Of a stretch of 64,000 nucleotides of DNA, positions 52,101-62,772 are shown piece by piece. The stretch is taken from NCBI GenBank assembly GCA_963924565.1, contig OZ004615.1, positions 20,522,001-20,586,000 on the forward strand, written 5' to 3'. The notes under the pieces are model-generated. The model saw only the letters and a program-made list of their open reading frames with translations. It was not told the DNA's origin and ran no database searches. Source of the DNA: Ascidiella aspersa. Lineage: Eukaryota. The position numbers and the translations under genes were made by a program. Position 1 is the stretch's first letter. Each line of letters opens with the position of its first letter.

Positions 52101-55100
52101 GACAGGTTGAGAACAAACAGCGAGTTGTACTGCATCGGGATTGACATCGGCTCCGCTGCCAGGAAGCTCCTCGCCGTGGTGACGAACACCACAATGTTTC
52201 CGGCGATCGAAAGCAGCGCCATCAGCCAGAAAATGGCCAGGATTAATTTGTTGCCGATCAGTTCGTACTGGGACGAAAATACGGTGACTTTTTGGCTTTT
52301 GGGAGGACACTCGTCGCTGCCGTCAGAACAGTCCCACTTGCCATCCTCGACGTCGCTTATCGGCACCGAAAGCGGCTTTTTATCCAAGCAGTAAAAGCGT
52401 TTGTCGGCGCAGCGGGCCTTGGACTCGTCGGCGCCGTTTTCGCAGTCGACTCTACCGTTGCACAACTCGTCCACGTCGATGCTCACCGACACGCCGTTGA
52501 CGCAGTAAAAGCGCTCGGAGCAGTTCTTCTCCTCGAAGCCGAAGGGACAAGAGGCGTTTTTGATGACATAAGCGACCGAGTCGTTCTGTCCGTCGCAGTA
52601 GCGATCCCCCATCGGGTAATACAAGCGACAGGGATCGTCGCAGAACCACGGCCTGGTCGAGCAGTTCACACATTCGTCGGACATGTCGGCGCACTGAGGC
52701 CGTCCGTCGCACATCACGGCTTCGATCCAACCAGGCGCCGCCACGCAACGGATCGTAGCCCTGCCTTTGGTATCGACGCAGCCGACCGTGTTGGTTTTGT
52801 CGACGCACTGGTAGCTCCTGTTGCACAGCAGCTCTTCGCTTGGGAGGCAGCCAACAGTTTCGTTGCAGTAGAGTTGGTCAGGATGCTGACAGCGTGTCTT
52901 GGACGTCCCCAGCACCTTGTCACAGATTGTTTGATCGGCACAAAAGCACTCGTCGGAAAGGTCGTAGCAATCCACCACCCCGTCGCACACCTGTCTGGGC
53001 GCTATTATCAGCTTCTTGTCGAAGCATTGGAAGCAGCGCATCGCGCCGTCGACGAAGCACAAGTCCGAGCCGTCCGAGCACTGCGGCAAGTCGTCGTAGA
53101 GGTTGAGCTGCGGCAGGCTGCAGGTAAAAGTCGAGTACTTGGTGGCGCATTTGAAACCCGGCCCGTAGTGCGTCTCATCGCTAAAGTCGCTGCACTGGCT
53201 GTTGCCGTCGCAGAACTGACGAATAATGAGCACCTCCTTGTTTTTGCACAACACTGGCTTGATGCAGCCGGGCTGGCTGGCGGCGGGCGGCGAAGAAATA
53301 CAGGCCCATTCCGGCGTCTGCTTCCCGATCGTGTTGTTTACGTAGGTCACGGTGAGCACTCGATAGCAGTGGGTCAGGGAGGCGTTCTCAAAATGCAGCA
53401 TTGCGTTTTTTGCGTGCAAATCCGGACAGCTCATGGCCTTGGTGCTCCAATTGTCGGCGCAGTTGTTCATTCCGACCACACAGGGCTCGTCATCGCCGCT
53501 GTAGCAGTCTATCATTCCGTTGTTGACGTCGGAAGTGGAAATACACCCCTTGTCCGAAGTGCAGTTCGAGCTTGCGTCAAATATGCAGCCGCACTTGACC
53601 TGGCCGATCAAGCACGCACAGCCCTTTTCGTCGCTCCAGTCGCCGCACTCGTTCACGTCGTTACAGAGCTGCCAGGGAAGCATGCATCCGTTGCTGGTGT
53701 TGCACGTCTTTTCGACAGCCTCGTAACACGCGCAAGGCGTTTCGATGGGCAGGCAGGTGCAGCCGTATTCGTCGCTCCAGTCGCCGCAGTCATTGTAGCC
53801 GTCGCATTGTTTACTTGCGCTTACACAGCCGGGCGATTGACCGCAACCCGGGCGACTGCACCGGCACTGGAAGCTGTACGCCGGGCAGGTGCAGTTGTTT
53901 TCGTCGCTCCAGTCGCCACAGTCGTTTACCAGGTCACAGCGCCTGACGCCGGCCACGCTTTCGGCTTTACAGGAAGACAGCACCGCCGGTCGAACGCTGC
54001 AAGCGCAGCGGAAAAAGTCGCAGTCGGTTTCGTCGCTGCCGTCGCCGCAGCCGTCTACGTGATTGCAAACGTAGCCTTCATTCACGGCCAGCGTCCGTCC
54101 CGGGCAGGATTCCCCGCATGCGCACACGAAAAGGCTTGCACCATATGTACAGTTGCGCTCGTCGCTACCATCTACACAGTCCTTGTATCCGTCGCACACC
54201 CAAGACGACCTAATGCACCAGGTATCCCCAGCGCAAAAGGTCGAATTCGGTTTGGCGCATTTGCAGCCAAAGTTGGGCGCCAGGCACTGACAGGAACGCT
54301 CGTCCGAGTGATCCGAGCACTGGTAGACGCCGTCACAAACCTCGTACGCTGGCAACTTGATGATGTTATTCGTGCAGCTTCGGTTTCGAGAGCAAGTGCA
54401 CGTGAACAAACTTGGTCGATCATCGCAGCCCGCTTCGTCGCTCCAATCCCCGCAGTCATTGAGCCCGTTGCATTGAGCTCTTTTGTCAACGCATCCCGCC
54501 GAAGTCTTGCAGCCCGACCAGTTACAATCGCACGTAAACTGGCTCAAACCGCAAGGACATGCCACCTCGTCGCTCCAGTCGCCGCAGTCGTTTCTTTGGT
54601 TGCAAACCTCGACCCAAGCAACGCGTCGAGTACTGGGCGTGACGCATGTGCCGTTCCGCGCGCATGCGCAGTAGAACTGGACCGCAACAAAGTCGCAGTA
54701 AAGCTCGTCGCTTCCGTCGGCGCAGTCGTCCCGGCCGTCGCACTTGTTGATCAGCGGAACGCAGCTGATCGGATCCGTGCACTTTCCGTTTGCGTAGCGG
54801 CAACCGCACGAAAACTGACCGGCGCATTGGCAGTCGGCCTCATCGCTTCCGTCGGAACAATCGCTTTTGCCGTCGCAGGTCTGCCGCTGCAGAACGCACA
54901 CCTCAGGGTAGACGCACGTGTTGTTGTCCTGACACGCGCAGCTAAAATACCCAGTATCACAAGTACATCCACGCTCGTCTGTCCCGTCCAAGCAATCCAG
55001 CACACCATCACAAATCTCTTTATCGCTGTAGCATCCTCTACCGTAGTAGCAGTGCTGTGTTCTCAGCGGGCAGCCGCACTGGTAAAGGCCAGGCGCGCAG

Positions 55101-58100
55101 AAGCAGTTCAGCTCGTCGAAACCCTTGAGACAGTCGCCCCCGCCGTCGCAAACCCAGTTCTTAGGGATGTTTTCCGCTTTGTAGTTGCCCCTGACGCTGA
55201 AGTAGTAGCCGCTGAGGTATTTGGTCCGGGCCGGGCACATGCAGTTCACCATGCTGCTAGCTGGATCCAACCGCACGGCGTTGCACCATTCTGCAAACAA
55301 AGTGGTAACCCATTTGTGGAGTTGATTTTTTGTAATACTGCAGTTTATAGGATTGTTATGTGCGACCATTACGACGTATTCTCGTGGGTCGGAATCTGAA
55401 CTCGGGACTCGAGTAAGACCACGTAAAACTACCCGAGTCCCGAGTCCGACGTGCGTATGCGCAGTATCAATTTTTATAACTGTTAAGGCGGCAAAATGTA
55501 AGTTGTAAAAGTGTAATAGCATATGAGAAATATTTTCAATAATGACACCAATATGAGTGGATTGCAAAAAATCCACCTTAATTTAGTTGCGTAAATGGGT
55601 AAAATACAGGCTGTAGAGTCGGAACTGGACTCGGGACTCGACAAAATCTTACATTTGACCGGAGTCGGACTTGGGTGTATTTTTTTTGCCGGAGTCGGAC
55701 TAGGGAGTCGGACTCGGGTTGTTTTTAAGCGACTCCACCGCCCTGGTGTATATAAACGTGACTCTTACAGGGGTGCTGCATTCATTACTTGTGTTCTAAT
55801 ACGCCGTGGTGTTTAGCGTGCGATGCTGCCCCACCAGTAGATATTACACCTTTTACACGCAAAGCTACGGAACAGGAATTCGTTAAAGTGAAATTTTGCA
55901 ATTAGGGACTTGCGATAAAGTTTTTTGTTATGCACGTACTCGAACTTTTGGTTTAAAGGTATACGACTCTCCAAACTGAAACCAGTTGTCATCATTACTT
56001 TGGTCAAGTAAATCAAATTTTTTTAGGAAAGTCCAATGGCAATATTTTCTAAGGTTTACGGTTTGTTAGGAGGCTTATTGATCTTCGATTTATCTGTTAA
56101 ATTTTCCCCCAAAATTGCTTTTTATACTCAAACTAAAAAACGTTGCTTCAAAACCATATCTCAAAATGTACCAATTAGTTTAGTATGGGATCGGCACCGA
56201 TACTATAGTCTAATATCGAACGAGTAGCGATACTACCACTTGGTATCGGGTTTTGGAAAATTTGTAATAAGGAGTGTCTGATTTTATCGGAGCTAAATCG
56301 ATATTCAATACCAAATGGAAAATATCGACAAATGGGTGGAATAACGTTGATTCGATACGACATTGGCAAAGGTATTTCAGCAATGATTTTTTTTTTTTTT
56401 ACAAAGAAACATTTTGTACTTTGGAGATACAATTCTCTAAAAATTGATGGGAGATTAGGATTAACGTGTTTTTTTTTTGTTTTTTTTTCACTTTAATATT
56501 GGTCTTACTGGTTACATAGAATGATATTTTGTTAGTCAGCAAACTTTTAATAAGCAGATAAAACGAATATATATGATATAATTACGGTTCCTATATTAAT
56601 ATTACGTTCTGTTAGCATCTAGGTTGGAAAACGCCTTGTCAGGTGTGTGGGTTTTAAGCACAATGAAAGAATATTTATTGCAAATATAGAAACGACAATC
56701 AGTACTTACAGGTACAGTACTTACGATATACGTATAATAATTACCTCCGTAACGTACGCGATCTGGACTCCACAATGAACAGTAAGCACCGCTCAACTAA
56801 CGATTTACAACATTTCTTATATAGCCTACATCGGACAGATGTGAGTAATTACTAATTCGTTAGAAAACGCGACACACAACACCTTAGGAAGTCGGCCATA
56901 CGACCAACGAAATTACAATACGCGACGGGAAATTAGAGTGACAGCATGAGCGATTCCGCCGACAGGCTGTTTACAGGCGGCCAGAGTTGATGGGGTCACA
57001 GAGTTCCAAACAATCCGCTACAATTCACTCTCCCTGCCTTTAAGTCAAAAGGTCCGAACAAACTTCATCTTCGTGGTGTTCCTCCTGCATGTCATTGTTC
57101 ATTGGATAATAGTGTCCTCCTTGTCGGCCGGCTTCTTGTAGCACAAGTCAGGAGCGGTGGCGACCTCCGAAACATAGATGACTGTTGTCCAACGATGAAA
57201 AAGCTCGCTTCGTACAAAGAATACCTCCGTAATCGAGCTGGTACTTTGTTGCTAAACGATCTGTGTAAAAATACTTACACCGGCGTTTAACAAACATGCG
57301 AATACAAGAAATGTACAGCCTACAATGCAGAAATAGAGCCGTAAAAATTGTAATTTACTGTTCAAAGGAAAAACCGTCAGTCAAATGCCTATAGAACCTA
57401 TCGTTCTAGAATACCGAAATCAAGGAAGTTAAAGGTGCTAATCTTTGAAACTCGAAAACAAAATTAACGCCATGCCCATTTTAAAAGTAATCCCTAAATG
57501 ACAGACACTTTAACCTTGGCGTAAAGGTTAAACTAAAAAGTTACACTATTGCAAGCTTGTAACTATTGCAAGCTTGTAACCCAAATGGACATGCGACGGT
57601 ACCTCAGCCGTCAGTAAGGTAAAAAGGCATCACGTGGCCTTGAAAACATCGGGAACTATGCCCGGAATACAAACAAAACGGTCAGGTATTTTAGGTGTGA
57701 TATCTCTGATCAAACACCGTAAACCATATAGGACCAGACTGCAGGTTAGCTGCAAACGGAAATGGCACTTTAGAAGGCACAACTTCTGGAAGTGTAAGAG
57801 ATAAATTTATCTGTTCATAGGCTTAGAGAATAGTTTACGAGAGAAGAATATTCTCTTGCGTAAAGTTTCACCTTTAACTTAACAAAAAGAAACGTAATTT
57901 TGCAAATGACTGAACAACTATGCCGTAAATTTAGTTTAGCTCAAACTTGGTTTTAAATCTGCATTGATCGACCGATATGACAACATTAAAACGTGCTCAT
58001 AATTTAGCAACAACATACTTACAATGGCGGCGGCTTAGAGAGAAAAACAGGCGTGTTGCGTAAAAAATTAAACAAAGCATGTATCAATATCTGGCAATTC

Positions 58101-61100
58101 ATAGCGCGCACAAAAATTACGAATAAACTATAGCTGCCATCCTACGTAATGAACCTATTGGTATAAAACAATTTGATTGGTGTAAGGCCCATCCCTGCGT
58201 TAGCGATGACCTTAAGCAATATGCGCCAAAAATTACCCAAAAACGCTCACAAAACGTCTATCATAAAAACTAGCAAGAGGCTGAGAATAAGGGGAAACAA
58301 AGTTTAGGAAAGTCGAAGGTTAGAATAGTAATAGGCCGAATATAGATAAGGTAAAGTGAAGTTATGAAAGCTTACTAGATTATCATCAGGTGTAAACGTC
58401 GTAGGAAAGTGCTGCTTCCTTCGCAACAAATACGAACGGTTTTCTTGCAAGCAGTTAAGTCGGGCGGACGTTTCCAAGCACCGTAAAACTCAGCAACATC
58501 ATATGGTCGGCAAGAAATCCTGTCTGATAAGATTATAGATAAGCATAGGTGTAAAAGATAGGTTTCGAGTACCTTTAGAATAGAAATTGACGTAGAATTG
58601 CATGACGTCATAGATGTGTCGAATGTAGCAGATCGAATAAACTCGCGTTGTTGACGAGGCGTCGCATCTACAGTTGAAAGTTTGCTGCTGGGCGTTGCTG
58701 CAACAGACTGCAAAGATTTAAACGGAACAATAATAGGTTTTGCCGTGCTGCAAAACGACGAAGAAGCGGCTTCGAAAGTTGAATTTGGTTGGTCGTTGTC
58801 AAACTGCAGGTCAGCTGAAAGAGAAGCTGCAGGTTGAGAAACAGAATCGTTAGACGAGATTGGCACTGCAATCGGTGGAACAACTTGAACCGATGGCATT
58901 AGAATATCATTTTCTCTAGATTTCTTACGAAAAAACAAGTTTACGAAAAAGAAACGAAAAAACAAGTTTAGGAAGAGAGCTAATACCTATAGTTGCGGTC
59001 GACGAAGCTTGATAGAAACGTTCGAATTCATGCCCCTATCACCCGGAAAACTTTTACCTTTCTTAATATTACCTAGCATGGCAGCTAGACGCGTTGACGT
59101 TTTGTTGTTGCAAGCTTTAAGTTTGCTTGAAACCTTTGAAAAGAATGCAGAAAAATTATTCTTCGACATAACGATTTAAAAAAGAATAACACACGGAAAA
59201 TAAGACTAAAAAAGGGTGCAAAAGCGTAGGTTACAAATAGATTTAAATCAACACAATTGGTTAATATTAATTATTTTAGAATATTAGTTAGTCAGAAGGT
59301 ATATGCGTGTTCAGTACCACTAGGGCGTCTCCAATTTGTGGGGCGCAGCCACAATGGAATAATGTTTATTGCAAATATACAAACGACAATCAGTACTTAC
59401 AGGTACTTACGATATACGTACAATAATTACCTCCGTAACGTACGCGATCTGGACTCCACAATGAACAGTAAGCACCGCTCAACTAACGATTTACAACATT
59501 TCTTATATAGCCTACATCGGACAGATGTGAGTAATTACTAATTCGTTAGAAAACGCGACACACAACACCTTAGGAAGTGACAGCATGAGCGCTTCAGCCG
59601 ACAGGCTGTTTACAAGCGGCCAGAGTTGATGGGGTCACAGAGTTCCAAAGAATCCGCTACAGGTGTAACTGACTGATGCCTAATCCAACCTAAAATGCTA
59701 ATGATTATCACTTTTTTTTGGTTCAATGTATAATGCGCTCTATTTTTCTGTTTACGATACATGGCTTAAAGTCAAACCCCTTAGGGCATAACTGCGAGTT
59801 AATATTTCATCCATCGAACTATTTATGTGCTTTGTTGGCAACGACTAATACAGAAAGTCGACACAAAGGGCAAAACTATATTTCAAGGGGGTGTTGTAAC
59901 AACGGAAAACCGATTAAAATGACAACAAAACCATGTAAAAAGCCAAGTAAACGACTAAAGACAAATCCAACCTACTGTAATATTCAATCCATCCAATTGG
60001 CTCACTTCCATCCACGGTAATTCTACTTTCCAACAATATTCCAAGAAGTAAAGCACGGCAAAACGATGGTAGATATTGCCTGAACGAACTAAACGCCGCC
60101 TTTTGCATTCCTTTGGTTCAGTCTATTCAGTTTGCTGCATCACAGTTTTCCAAACCTGAAACTACAATTGAAAAGCTTAGGCGCACAGGGAATTGGATAT
60201 TAAAGGCTTTATCCTGTTCAAATAAATGTTATGACATATTTATGCCAACGGCACTACAACGATTCCACTTAGGCGAAAAAATAAGCCATTGTATATAGTC
60301 GAATAAAACTCAAACTTTTATTCCTCATTACTTTGCCTACAAACCTATGACATTTAGTTCTAACATTTGTTGAACATGAAGCATGCGGGTTTAATTACAA
60401 GTCTCATTAAACTAATTTGCCTCAATCAATCAACCTCGCTATTTCTTCAATAAGCATTGCTGTAGTCTGATTACAAATCCACACAGTTTGTGTTGGCTAT
60501 TATGGGCAAACCGGCAAATGCCGGCAAGCACAACCACTCACTGTATTGTCTAGACAAGACTGGATATATATTGATATAACGCGCTGCTTATAACAAGGTG
60601 AAAATTTGCATGACAAATTGCGACATTTTACAGCAGCTTACTTCTCAAAAAGGAGCGGAAGTTTTTACCTGGCGATTACTCACTGTGAAACGTGCCGAGA
60701 GACATTTCACAGGCGGCGAAAAGCGGAAATAATAAGTCATAATATACATTAGTCATATGTGAAAGAACCTGGACTCCCGGGTCTCAAGCGGCAGCAGATA
60801 CAGAGAATGCTTTTAGTAAAAGGCGAGCAAGAATGACAAAATCATAATCATAACATATTTGATAAATGCACAGATTCTATAAACGTTTAAAATATTCAAT
60901 TAACCTCTAAATTGACCCCTGTCGCTACAAACAATCCACTTGCTTGCTGCCAGTGCCTGTAGCTACTATACTTCCACCAATGTGGTTCGTTTGGCCAACA
61001 CAGTGAATTTCAACCTTTTGAGGTTTACGATACTCTTTATAAAACACAAACAGTTTGAGATATAACCTTACTGGCAATGTCGCTAAGTGGTTAACTGTAA

Positions 61101-62409
61101 TGTCACGATATAGGCTAATAACTTAATCGCATCAACTGTACACAAGATAAAAAAAACATTCTGGATTTGTTGCACTACAATTGTACATAAAACGATTGAA
61201 CCAAAAACCTCACTAGTAGAGAAAAATTGCAACCAAAATATTTCTCGGCACTCTTACGCGTTAGAAACACCACACTGATTTAAAAACATTGAGACAATTC
61301 ATTTAAAACAGCGTGAGGCGAAGTCTCATACAAAACCGCTTCACCGAAAAACTTCTTCACAACTACAAGGGAACAAAGTTCTACACTTTATCCCATCTGA
61401 TAAAGTTTCGGAATAGAGTATGCTAAACTCCCATATTAACCGCCTTTTCTCTACTATTGTTTTAAAATCAGGATACGGCCTAAAACGTGCTTTAAAGTTC
61501 TAAAACGCTGGTAGAGTGTTGGTTTAACGATGATTTGCTAAACGTCATAAGCGAAATTAAAAAGCCCGTCACACAATGCCATTTCGGCCCAATTCATTTA
61601 AGTCTGAAAAATGTACAGATGTACCCAGCGTAGCGGGCAAAAACTTTCAAATAATTTGCTAGGATTTTGCTAATTGGTTTTCTCTAATGTCTTGATAAAC
61701 TAACTTAAAACCATACACTTTAACTGTACACAAGGTAGAAAAAACATTCTGCTTTTTTGCACCACAATTGTACATAAAACTAATTGTATTAAAAACCTCA
61801 CCAATGTGCGATATAAAGAGCGCGATAACGTTAAAATTTTACTAGACGTGTGTGCGAAACAAACCACCCTGAAATGTAGGTAAAAACAACCCTTAAAGTC
61901 TGTAAAAAAACAATGCTGAAATGTCGGTAAAAAATGCTCTAAAATGTCGGTAAAAACAACCCTGAAATGTAGGTGAAAAACAATCCTGAAATGTAGGTAA
62001 CAAACAACCCTGAAATGTAGGTAAAACAACCCTGAAATGTAGGTAAAACTACCTTGAAATGTAGTCAAAACACCCCTAAAATGTCGGTAAACAACCCCGA
62101 AGTGTTTCGGAAAACCAACCTTGAAATGTCGGTGAAAAAACTACACTGAAGGCTTGAATCGTGCTCAGGATGAACGGCGTCGCATTTGCGTCGCTCGGAG
62201 CTCAGATCGGAAGCGTCTTGTCGCCATTGCTGATCGCTCTTGAAGACTACATCTCGTGGCTCCCGAACGTGATCTTCGGAGTGGCATCCTTGCTGGCCGG
62301 AGGACTCTCCCTCTGTCTTCCGGAAACCAACGGGATCGACATGCTTGAAAGCATTGAGGACGCTGAGCTCTTCTACAAGAACAGAAAGACACTTCCCAGT
62401 AAAACGTGA
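19110..62409 (+). CDS. SLC22 family organic cation/anion transporter, paralogue B, 13 exons, 546 aa
   Basis: Exons 19110-19255 (MIDFDLILTKIGGLGRFQ), 20376-20477, 21643-21775, 22269-22372 (FDLVCD), 24576-24730, 25535-25659, 26364-26468, 27647-27736, 28518-28615, 29387-29469, 30028-30177, 30544-30652 (ELFPT), 62169-62409. They total 1641 nt in one open frame, including the Cys-rich first extracellular loop typical of SLC22. Confidence 0.88.
22380..22730. mobile_element. hAT-type MITE inserted at the exon-4 splice donor of SLC22-B
   Basis: TIRs CAAGGGTCGGGAAC / GTTCCCGACCCCTG and a perfect TSD GGTCAGAA. Confidence 0.88.
24736..24862. repeat. 11-bp CTGCTGTACAC-like tandem repeat at the start of intron 5 (paralogous tract at 7187-7266)
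   Basis: The same degenerate repeat follows the exon-5 donor in both SLC22 genes. Confidence 0.7.
29734..29996. mobile_element. hAT-type MITE
   Basis: TSD CTTTAACT; TIRs CAGGGTTTCTTAACC / TAAAGAACCACTG. Confidence 0.8.
31997..32554. mobile_element. Solo LTR (unit 1)
   Basis: TGAAGC...GCTACA termini, 4-bp TSD ACAT on both sides, 558 bp. Confidence 0.75.
34204..38357 (-). CDS. LDLa-repeat GPCR copy 1 (RXFP/GRL101-like 7TM, no LRRs), main 4154-nt exon
   Basis: About 20 CDGxxDCxDxSDE-type modules, then a 7TM domain with LGR/RXFP motifs: NLSISDFLMGIYL, WRTSRLC, YYGETSVCMP, LTDFACWVP, LPTNSALNPLIY. Acceptor ccactttgtttgcAG at 38358-59. The ORF track extends the frame to 38589. Confidence 0.92.
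38452..38860. mobile_element. CAGGGCTG/GGAGTCGGA-family MITE in GPCR intron 1 (also about 47036-47444 and 55386-55746)
   Basis: Aligns with 16029-16435. The right TIR CAGCCCTG is present and the left one is eroded; GGAGTCGGACTC repeats. Confidence 0.75.
40046..40178 (-). CDS. Predicted signal-peptide exon 1 of LDLa-GPCR copy 1
   Basis: MQKAAFSSFMQYLPSFCRALLLGILLESKITVDGSEPIGWIEYY, then a|GTAGGT phase-1 donor matching the phase-1 acceptor at 38357. Conserved in all three units. Confidence 0.65.
40575..41127. mobile_element. Solo LTR (unit 2 copy)
   Basis: Duplicated with the unit; TSD ACAT. Confidence 0.75.
42788..46941 (-). CDS. LDLa-repeat GPCR copy 2, main exon
   Basis: Near-identical to copy 1 at an offset of 8584 bp, with an intact frame and the same acceptor at 46942-43. 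Confidence 0.92.
48637..48769 (-). CDS. Predicted signal-peptide exon 1 of LDLa-GPCR copy 2
   Basis: 133 nt, same sequence and GTAGGT donor as 40046-40178. Confidence 0.65.
49166..49718. mobile_element. Solo LTR (unit 3 copy)
   Basis: Duplicated with the unit; TSD ACAT. Confidence 0.75.
51194..55290 (-). CDS. LDLa-repeat GPCR copy 3, main exon, with an in-frame 57-nt deletion removing most of TM3 (possibly non-functional)
   Basis: Reads SRLCS|MTTFRL versus SRLCSLLGVLVVLSTENSVFVMTSMTTFRL in copies 1 and 2. Exon length is 4097 nt = 4154-57. Confidence 0.88.
56646..59661 (-). mobile_element. Non-autonomous LTR retroelement (LTRs 56646-57022 and 59337-59661; no gag/pol)
   Basis: TG...CA termini and a 4-bp TSD GGTG (56642-45, 59662-65). 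The empty site ttgtcgGGTGtaact is present in units 1 and 2. On the minus strand, a PBS-like TGGAGACGCCC follows the 5' LTR and a purine tract AAAGGCAGGGAGAGTGAA precedes the 3' LTR. Each LTR contains TATATAAG and AATAAA. Confidence 0.9.
59976..60108 (-). CDS. Predicted signal-peptide exon 1 of LDLa-GPCR copy 3
   Basis: 133 nt, conserved up to the GTAGGT donor; the sequence picks up indels immediately past the donor. Confidence 0.62.
60377..60929. mobile_element. Independent solo LTR, a diverged relative of 31997-32554
   Basis: TGAAGC...GCTACA termini and TSD AACA. The empty site gttgAACAatccac is seen in units 1 and 2. Colinear similarity to the unit-start LTR. Confidence 0.8.
61858..62150. 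repeat. About 21-bp minisatellite (AAACAACCCTGAAATGTAGGTA) immediately upstream of SLC22-B exon 13
   Basis: More than a dozen degenerate tandem units are visible. Confidence 0.9.
62169..62409 (+). CDS. Terminal coding exon (13) of SLC22 paralogue B
   Basis: Near-identical to 15375-15615. The phase-2 acceptor matches the exon-12 donor at 30652, and no other copy of this exon occurs between 30653 and 62168. Confidence 0.88.
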
Positions 62410-62523
62410 GCTGATTGTGTTTTGTTGTTATCACCACACTATACTCTTGTGCAGCTGGAAACATATGCTAACTGATCAACTTTACTTAATGGTGGAAGTT
62501 TGCAAATCAGCAACAGAGTTGGA

Positions 62524-62772
62524 TCAATTGTTGGTTAATTTGTAATTCAAATTGATGTTACAGGGTTTAATGTAATTGTAGTGTAATTGAGGCATTTTCA
62601 TTCTTTGTAATTCGAATTGTAATCGTAATTTGCTAAAATTTTGGTTTAATACATTAATATTGAGAAAATTAAGGTTTCAATTAATTGTAATTGTAATTGT
62701 AATTTAATATTAAACATTTAAGGAAGTAATTGCAATTTTAATTGCAATTCAAATCAATTAATGTAATTGAAC
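62524..62772. repeat. AATTGT-rich repeat (probably MITE-derived)
   Basis: Multiple TGTAAT/AATTG units. Confidence 0.55.

Larger units (their letters stand above)
31985..61044. repeat. Head-to-tail segmental triplication: units 31985-40562, 40563-49153, 49154-61044
   Basis: Each unit starts TTTGTTTTACATTGAAG and ends GATACTCT(C/T)TATAAAA. Unit 3 is longer because of two LTR insertions. Confidence 0.95.

Noticed and set aside
52292-55399. 1035-aa plus-strand ORF (and the 632-aa and 261-aa ORFs at 36235, 35359, 44819, 43943)
   Set aside because: Antisense shadows of the GC-rich Cys/Asp-coding GPCR exon. They are Ala/Val-rich, have no motifs, and are broken by stops in the other copies.
61858-62150. 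CRISPR-like array
   Set aside because: Contiguous degenerate tandem units with no unique spacers, no cas genes, and a eukaryotic context.
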